Positions 55,106-64,000 of a DNA stretch of 64,000 nt are shown piece by piece (the first letter of the stretch is position 1; each line of letters begins with the position of its first letter). The position numbers and the translations under genes were made by a program. The notes beneath the pieces were generated by a model. That model was not told the DNA's origin and ran no database searches. It worked only from the letters and a program-made list of their open reading frames with translations. The DNA comes from the human T2T-CHM13v2.0 reference genome, Homo sapiens. The stretch lies in NCBI RefSeq assembly GCF_009914755.1, contig NC_060931.1; one strand, given 5' to 3'.

Positions 55106-57399
55106 AACCAAAACTCCAGTATCTTTTGCAATGCTCAGGGTTTTATGAGAGTGAAGGCTTTGCCTCGCGAATTCTAGCAAGAGTAAATGAGTTGGCCAAA
55201 CCTCTGTAGAGAGATGAGTCCCTGGTTTCCCTTGGCGAAACTCCAAGTATTTTAACTCCTGTTATGGACTCAGATGAGATGCGATACATTTTTAACAGAC
55301 AAACAAAGGGGACAGAGTCATGTCAAAGGCATATGTTATTTGAACCATGGTTGAGTGAAAAATGTATTTGAAATAAAAAATCCTTGCACAGAAATACCAT
55401 TGGTCTCTTTCCTTTCAGTTTGCTCAACCAACCAACCAAAGAAACTCTTTTGATAAAGCTTTTGTAGTTAAACTGAGTTTTATGACTGGGAATGGTTTTG
55501 GGTGCCATCCAAGATAAATTTCTTCTTTTAAAGTCAAGAACAGATTTATTCTTTGGTGACCGAAATGGGACTGGAACCCAGACCTTATGGCGAGCAGACC
55601 ACACAGCCACTGAAGTGTAGTTTTGTTGGTTTCAGAAGCAGCTGGTATATAATAAACGTTTAGTTGATTATGTTTTTGCATATATAACATGCTAGGCAGG
55701 TCCTTAAACTTTTAGGGTCATTGACTATGTTGAGAATCTGATGAAACTTACAGGTCTTTTCCCCAGAAAAATGTCTATGTAACATGCAGATACACTTTTT
55801 CATCTGATTGAGAGCTATTCATGAACTCCTGAAGTCTAGCTAGGGTGTCTCTAGGGAGAGGAGCTGGCTAGGGACATGGAATAGAGCTTTTCAGTAGAAT
55901 CGAAGGCCCAGGTAAGGTTAGACACCACCAATTGGAAATGCCTGCAGGCTTTGAGATGATGTGGTTTTTCCCTGGGTACACTTGCTCTTGCCTTTGTCCT
56001 TGGGTTGAGAAAGAAGAAGGTGAAATTGATTCAGAGTTGGGGATTGCTAGGCTGGGGCAGTGGAAAAATATGATATACATGTGCATGATCCTTAATAGCA
56101 GGCCCTATTAGGAATGTGTTTGAAATAAATGACTAACCATGAACTCCAGAAAGAGGAGGGAAGGAACTCCAGAGGGGATAGAGAGGCATGGACACCTGGG
56201 AAGGAGAAGGAAGTTGTTGGCTGGAGAATATGTTTGTTTGGAGTTGAGAATGGGAGAGGTAAAAAGCTAGGGAACAGTAATAACAGGCTGGGATTTTAGT
56301 GCAGGATTGCAGGAGTGGAAGGCTCCTCTGTGAATACAGGGTTCAGGATGAGGCCATGACAGTGGGTCACTCATTGAGTAGTGTCCAGTGTCATTTTTGA
56401 ACACAGAAGCTGCCCAGAATGCGTGCAGGAGCTGAGAGGAGGCTCCTGGAGGATGCATGATAAAGCCAAAAGTTAATTTGCATCAGGGACCTCTCTGGCT
56501 TTAGAGAAAGCACAGAAATCTCTCTGAAATTGAAATTTGCCTGGAAACTTCTCGATTACTCTGAGGCTGTTTCCTCTACTTTGTTTCCTGTCTTCCACTC
56601 CCAAATATGCACACGCTTGAGAGTCAGCCTCAAGCACATACTTAGAGCCACTTACTGCTTCTCGGGCACCCTAGCCCAATGCCTCAGCCTCCCTGGCTTC
56701 AGTCCTGCGGCTGAGTGAATGTTCAAAAATTATTTTTGCAGAAGCTTCCATTGATTGTGCTAGCTCCATCTGTAGTGTGGTTATAATAACACCCAACTCA
56801 ACTGGATACTCCATGAGATGCTCAGTAACCCAAGTTTCTTCCCACACAGCCTCTCTCTTGCCTAACATGTGTGGCTAAAAATCATCCCTTGGGCCTTTTT
56901 AACTGTTTTGTGTCCACTTTCAGGTAGATTTTACAAAGCATGCGCCCTGAGGACCCGATTGCACCCAGGCAGAGAATTCCAAGGGAATGAAATAAAAAGA
57001 CTATTTTTTTGCATATACATTTCTATGTTAAAAATCAAAACTTAAAATAATACACAGGCAAAAACAAAACAAGAAACCAAGCCCCAGAAAAAACCAAAAC
57101 AACCGCAAAAACAAAAACAAAAACTTTAATGAGATCAAAATGATGAGGGGAAAACGATCAGCTCCATTTAGCTTTGCTGCCCGATTTTTATTAGTTGGCG
57201 GCCTGATTTCTATTTTAGACCCAAGGAATTAAATGGATCAACCGGGGTGGGGGGGCGTTGAATTCCAGTATTTCGAGTTCCTGGGTTTTGGGAAGAGGAA
57301 GAGGTAGTGGAAAACCAGGAGCCAAATGAATATGCTTCTTATAATAAAATTTGAACAGAGCAGCGGGTGGGCCTAGAAGCAGTGACTGGGGAGGTTAGA

Positions 57400-59700
57400 A
57401 TTCTTGCACGCAGAGAACCCCCCCAAGCCCGCTCACGCCCGGCCTGGCTCCGAAGGTCTCAGAATCCGAGCCTCCAGGCCAGATTTTCCCTCTAGCCATT
57501 CCTGGCCACGCAGCGCGGAGCCGCGAGCACACAGAAAAGGATGTCTTCATCGCCAACCGGGATGGAACGAACCCGCCCGCTCAGGGAGTACTGAGAACTA
57601 AAGGGTCCCTCCAGCGCCGGCCGCAGCCAGCATGCCTTGACTGCCTCCATCCCGCGCGGTCCCCACTCTCCAGAAGCCCCCGCCCTGCCCGGGTGCGCGC
57701 GCGCACGAGTCGGCGAACCGGGGAGCTGTGCGCTCGGCAGCCTGCGGGCGGCGGCGGCGGCCGCCGACAGCCTCTCGGGGACAGGGTGGCGAAGAGCGGC
57801 GGAGGAGGAGCTGGCGCCGCCGCCGCTCCCCTCGGGCCGCGCCCCGCCCTCCGCCGCCACCTGCGCGTCCCCTCCGGGCTCCTCAGCTCCGGGGCTGTGT
57901 GGCTCTCGGTGCCGCAGCGGCGGTGTCACCGCGTCCGCCAATTGGGAGACTCGGCGTTTTGGCTCCCGGGGGCGCGGGACGAGCCGCGCGGCCGGATCTG
58001 GCGAGCGGAGGGTGATTCGGCACGCGTACCTCCCCGCCGCGCTGCCCGCGACGTTTTGGGAGGGGGTAGAGAACTGCTGTGACTTTTGAGGTCCGACTCC
58101 TTCCGGCCAGCCTCGCGACGCGCCAGCTCCGAGACAGGCCGGTGTGCCCTGAAGGCCCCGAAGGCTCTCGGCGCGGTTTGGGGGCTTGGAACGTGTCCGG
58201 GAGCCGGCGGCGCTGTGAGCGCTGGTGAGTTTGCCGGCGGGGTGGGGTGGACTCCGCGCGGGGGGCGGAGAGGACGTAGCGCTCGGCCCGGCGCCCGCCC
58301 CCTAGTGCTGCCCCCACTTTGAGAGTAATTGAGACTTGAGCGTGACTGCGGAGCCTGGAGGATGCGGGCTCCCCGAGCGGGCTTCCCCTCTGCCCGGCGC
58401 GATGGAGCGGGTCGGTGAGCGGAACAAAGGCGCCTGCCCGGGGGAGCGGGTCTTCCGCTGAAGAGCGCGGGTGGCGCGCCGCGACGGCCGCCTGCGGGCC
58501 AAGGTGGGAGGCTGTGCGGCCCCAGGCGCGGCGCGCTCCGCCGTGGGCGGGCGGCGATCCCTGAGTCCGGCACCTGTGCGCCGCTCCCTCTGTGCCTCCC
58601 GGGCAGCCCCGCCTGCCGGCCTCGGAGTCCGCGGCGCCGGCGGCTAGAGGTCCAGAGGCGAACCACTTGCTGGTGCAGAAGAGAAACCCTCAAATCCCTG
58701 GCCTTTCGCGGAGACGCCTGGACGGGGCCGTGCGCCGTGGACTGAGCAGGCGTCTCGGGGAGCACTTCTGCAGAGCGAGGACTTCCATGTGAGCGATTCC
58801 GTTCTCCCCACCACCAATCCGACCTCCCAGCCGTCTCCGCCGCCCGAGCATCCTTGAGGTGGGACGAGCAGGGGCTTGGATCCCTGCCGGCCGTCTGGTG
58901 TGTGAGGCTTGCACGGCCCCTGGCTGCCCCGCGCCTCGCCGGAGCCCGAGGGGGCGCAGGTCCGGGGCGAGGGCCGGCCGGGCTGTTTGATGGCTTCACT
59001 GAGAAGAGTCAAAGTGCTGTTGGTGTTGAACTTGATCGCGGTAGCCGGCTTCGTGCTCTTCCTGGCCAAGTGCCGGCCCATCGCGGTGCGCAGCGGAGAC
59101 GCCTTCCACGAGATCCGGCCGCGCGCCGAGGTGGCCAACCTCAGCGCGCACAGCGCCAGCCCCATCCAGGATGCGGTCCTGAAGCGCCTGTCGCTGCTGG
59201 AGGACATCGTGTACCGGCAGCTGAATGGTAAGGACGCACGCCGGCGCCTCCGGGGCTCGACGCGGGCGGGCCGGGCACAGGGTGAGCCCCAGGGTCCTTG
59301 CGCGCTGCGCCCTGTGCCTGGGAGCCGGCACATCCTGGCTCCCGCGCGCTCCTTCTTACCCTTCCTGCCCCGTTTCGGGCAGATGGCCGGGGCTGCTGGA
59401 AAGAACAACTTGCCTGATTCTTTTCTGTGCCCCACCTGCAAATTTGGTTTTATCCTGGAAACATGTCAGTACAGTTGGCTCCCGGTCCCCGCGTGCGGAC
59501 TGGAAATCATTCCCTGGCGACTCCAGCCCGAGCGCAGAAACTAGTGGAGGGGCCACATGGGACTGGAGGCGCGCGGGCAGACGTGTAGGAGGAAATAGTC
59601 TTAGAGCCCAGCGTTTGGTGGGGTACCAGTAGGGAACCTGGGAGATTGGAGGGCTTGGATGTCTGCAGACAAAGTCAAGGCCCCAGGTCGCGGAGCTAAT
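57400..59700 (+). promoter_or_regulatory. GALNT17: CpG island / TATA-less promoter, 5' leader and exon 1 region of GALNT17
   Basis: Very high GC and CpG density and no interspersed repeats. GC boxes (CCCCGCCC ~57677, ~57842), CCAAT ~57938 and a short (GGC)n at ~57746-57760. The exact TSS cannot be determined from sequence. Confidence 0.88.
58990..59227 (+). CDS. GALNT17: Polypeptide N-acetylgalactosaminyltransferase 17 (WBSCR17), first coding exon (79 codons + 1 nt, phase-1 intron follows)
   Basis: Translation MASLRRVKVLLVLNLIAVAGFVLFLAKCRPIAVRSGDAFHEIRPRAEVANLSAHSASPIQDAVLKRLSLLEDIVYRQLN(G) is recognised as the GALNT17 N-terminus. It has a short basic tail, a type II signal-anchor helix and an NLS N-glycosylation sequon. 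The exon ends at donor ATG|GTAAGG (59227/59228) and lies in a CpG island. Confidence 0.95.
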
Positions 59701-60167
59701 GCGCTTAGGTAGTATATGGGAGGAATATGTCATCTGTCTATGAGGCGAGCTGCTCAGCTAAGAATGAGGACTCCTCCCTTCCTGCCGCCTGTGTTTCTCC
59801 TTGGGGGCTGCGGAGGGGCGATTGTTAAAGCTCAGGGTGGGCCTGCGAAGTTTCCAGAATGTAGCACAGAGAGATGTGGCATCCCATTAGTGACAGTTGT
59901 CTGAATCTGTCCCATCTAAAATGTTGTGCTCAGTACTTCAGGAGAAGAGGGAGACTTTTTATGTGCTCTTGTCACACCTGGGCCAGGTCATTGGACACTA
60001 GCTGTCCCCAACGTCAGAGTGAGTGTTACCTACCTGAGTACAGGCAGGTTTCCAGGATGCGTGGGGTTATCCAAGGCAGATACGTACTTAGGTACAGACT
60101 ACCTCCTCCCTTTCTGAGCTTGTAACTCATGTTCTCAAACGAACTGCAGATAATCACGAAGATCGTG

Positions 60168-60314
60168 ATAATAATAACTGATGGAATTCTTGCTCTGTGC
60201 CAGATGCGTGCAAAGACATTACAAGTACATTATCTCACTGTATGTTCACATCTGTCCAGCGAGGCTCCACCCATCCACAGAGGGGAAATGAGAAGACTAA
60301 GCGAGGGGAGGTTA
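60168..60314. repeat. 147-bp direct repeat, copy 1 (MIR-derived)
   Basis: Ungapped match to 61417-61563, about 13 mismatches by hand count. Confidence 0.9.
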
Positions 60315-60912
60315 ACTAAGTTGCCCTGTGTTAAATAAGATATAACTGCGCCCCAAACCTCTGTAATCGGAATAATAATAGAGTCTGGAGTCAGAACCCT
60401 GTGTCTGGTTGACCACAGAGCCTGTGCGCTTGACCTCTTAGGCTCAAACTTCTATCCATGGTTTTCCCCTAAGTGAAAGGAGTATTAGGTTTGTTGAAAA
60501 CAGAAATATGTGGAATTGCAAATACAGACATATACCTTCTCACATTGGAGGATCTCAACTGTCTTCACTGTGGTGGCAAGGGGCAGGGAGAAGGAGGATG
60601 GCAAATGGTTCTTTTCAGGCTCACCAAAGGTCCCTGCTGGGTACTGGGGGAGGGATGGGATGGAGGGAGAGGGGTGGTCAGATCTCTGAGCAGGTGAAAG
60701 GACGCTGCGGTCTTCTCGAAGCCATTTGACAGATATCCAGGGGATGCCTTGAACTTGCAGGGTATATGGCCTGACTGTCAGGGTAGCCCACGGAAGTTAT
60801 GCAGAAGCTCTTCTCTCAGGTGTCAGAAATATGGCACAGAATGCGACAAAAACCCATAGTTCATTTCTGGAGGAATCAGAAACTTACGGGGTGGCCTTAT
60901 AATTTGGGATAG

Positions 60913-61386
<474 letters not shown>

Positions 61387-61416
61387 TAACTTCCCTCATA
61401 GGAATAATAAAATTCT

Positions 61417-61563
61417 ATAATAATAACTGATGGAATTCTTGCTGTGTGCCAGATGTGTGCAGAGACATTACAAGTGCATTATCTCACTGTATGTTCACAT
61501 CTGTCCAGAGAGGCTCCACCCATCCCCAGTTGAGAAATGAGAAAACTAGGTGAAGGGAGGTTA
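61417..61563. repeat. 147-bp direct repeat, copy 2
   Basis: Matches copy 1 at 60168-60314. Confidence 0.9.
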
Positions 61564-61569
61564 GGAGGC

Positions 61570-61865
61570 TACTTTCTACTTGCCACAGACATACATGAAC
61601 CCACTGAATCTTTACAATGACTTGCGAGATGGGTGCTCTGACACCCGCCTGAACAACTTGCTCACAGTCACCCAGCTAGTGAGTGTCAGAGCTGGGAATC
61701 GAACCTGGAATGTCAGGCTCCAGAATGGAGGTTCTTAGCTCCTGCACCAGTGTCTTGATCTTCAGCATGTGCATCAGAATCACTGAAGAGCCCTTTAAGA
61801 CAGATTTCTGGGCCTCCCGCCCAGGTCTCAGGTGAAGCCTGAGAATTTGCCTCTCTAACAAACTT
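61570..61865. mobile_element. MIR (~61570-61745) followed by MER5A-like fragment (~61748-61865)
   Basis: GTCAGAGCTGGGAATCGAACC (MIR); TGCATCAGAATCAC...CCTGAGAATTTGCCTCTCTAACAA (MER5A). Confidence 0.7.
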
Positions 61866-62628
61866 GGGACAGGGCCCTCGACCCACTGCCCAACAGTCTG
61901 CTGCCTACATCAAGCAGAGTAAAGGTAGAAAACCCATCCAACCTCCAAAGCCAGCTCATTTTGGGGACTTAAGCTGAGAGCTTGCTTCAGATCAACTGGC
62001 GTCTGGCTTCCTTCTCTGTGGCCTTCTGCCCTGTAAACAGTTCCCGGACTGGTGGAGTCAGGTGCTGTGGGGTGGGAAGGCTGAGTTTTCCTGACTTGCA
62101 AGTTGGCAGCAAGGCCAAGTTGAGAGCTTTTCCTGGGCAAGCTAAGAATGCAAGCTGCGACTAGGCAGATGTTACCATCCTGACTGCCTAGTGTCATTTG
62201 CAGTGACATGAAGCCTGCAGAAAAAGAGCAGGGAAAAATTGTGAAATATAGGGGGCTCTTCCTCTCTCTCCACCTGGCCCCTCAAGCACCTTCATCCTCT
62301 GCCGGTGCTTGTTTTGGGTAATGCGTGTCCCATCTGTTGATGCCCTCCGCCTGCTGCAGTGGGAGGCTGCTCCGAGAAGGCAAAGGGCTCCTAGTGCCTG
62401 GGGAGACACGTGCTCTCTTGCTCTGCAGCCGGTCTTCATTCATTGCTCCCGAGGGTGGAGAAGGAAACCTTGACCTTAATGTTCTTTATTCCCTTGGAAT
62501 TAATGGAGAGGCTGCTAGAGCCAGTGCACTGTGCATGTAAGAGGGCCAAAGCCACTTGGTACAGAGTGGGAGCCAGGCATTTTAAAGGTTGCTCAAGTTT
62601 CTTAAATCTTTCCCGTGGACTCCTGTGA

Positions 62629-63625
<997 letters not shown>

Positions 63626-64000
63626 ATTTTGGACTTTTAATACCACCCCCATCCCTCAGCACACCACAGCCCCTTGCACTTAATGGGGCACTTAAGGTTT
63701 ATTGGTTGATCAAGTTGTTGGGAGCTAGTTTGAGGAGGTAAATGATGGCCAGATAGGAAATAACCTCAAGGCTGTAAAGTCTGGGTTGTGTTGGATGGAT
63801 GTGGAGAGGGGTGGGGGCTGGGAGGACTCAGCTAGAGAGACAGTGTGAGGAAGCCATCTTGCCTCCGCCATCTTGAGGCTCGTCTAGTCTTCACCTTCCT
63901 GACTGAAGGGAACGAGATCCTTCGAGGCCCTCGGAAGTGAGCCAGGTTAGGAATAGGCAAGTTTCAGCGTGTTTTCGTTAAATGTATGATTTCATAACAT

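Noticed and set aside
58209-58229. REST/RE1-like site GGCGCTGTGAGCGCTGGTGAG
   Set aside because: Only about 15 of 21 positions match, with mismatches in the core CC positions. A second candidate at ~58723-58746 needs a gap.
58909-59544. 211-aa ORF as a complete protein
   Set aside because: It starts at a TTG upstream of the real ATG (58990) and reads through the splice donor at 59228 into the intron. Only residues 28-106 are GALNT17.
57492-59733. Long overlapping ORFs on both strands (e.g. 357 aa at 57926-58999, 265 aa at 58644-59441)
   Set aside because: These are Arg/Pro/Gly/Ala-rich by-products of stop-codon scarcity in a CpG island, with no recognisable domains.

Overview
Human genomic DNA, very likely chr7q11.22. 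The window holds about 57 kb of repeat-dense intergenic sequence upstream of GALNT17 (WBSCR17), then the GALNT17 CpG-island promoter (~57.4-59.7 kb), the first coding exon (ATG 58990 to splice donor after 59227) and the first ~4.8 kb of intron 1. The upstream region is a layered record of transposons: about 50 Alus (including a near-consensus human-specific AluYb8), old L1M/L2/MIR fragments, DNA transposon relics (Tigger3/MER7, MER2, MER45A, Charlie, MER5A, MADE1) and over a dozen solo ERV/MaLR LTRs (LTR14A-like, LTR12, LTR9-like, LTR8-like, MER41B, MER4, MER21, MST/THE1, MLT1). Nearly all ORFs in the track are Alu, L1 or GC-rich artefacts. I found no evidence of a new gene or multi-gene system. 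The best leads are regulatory or evolutionary: uORFs and a possible upstream exon in the GALNT17 leader, a CpG-rich LTR12 pointing at the gene, a GAS-bearing MER41B, a MADE1 hairpin with compensatory changes, and a 147-bp local duplication in intron 1. Repeat subfamily names come from recalled consensus sequences, not a search, and boundaries without a stated target-site duplication (TSD) are approximate.
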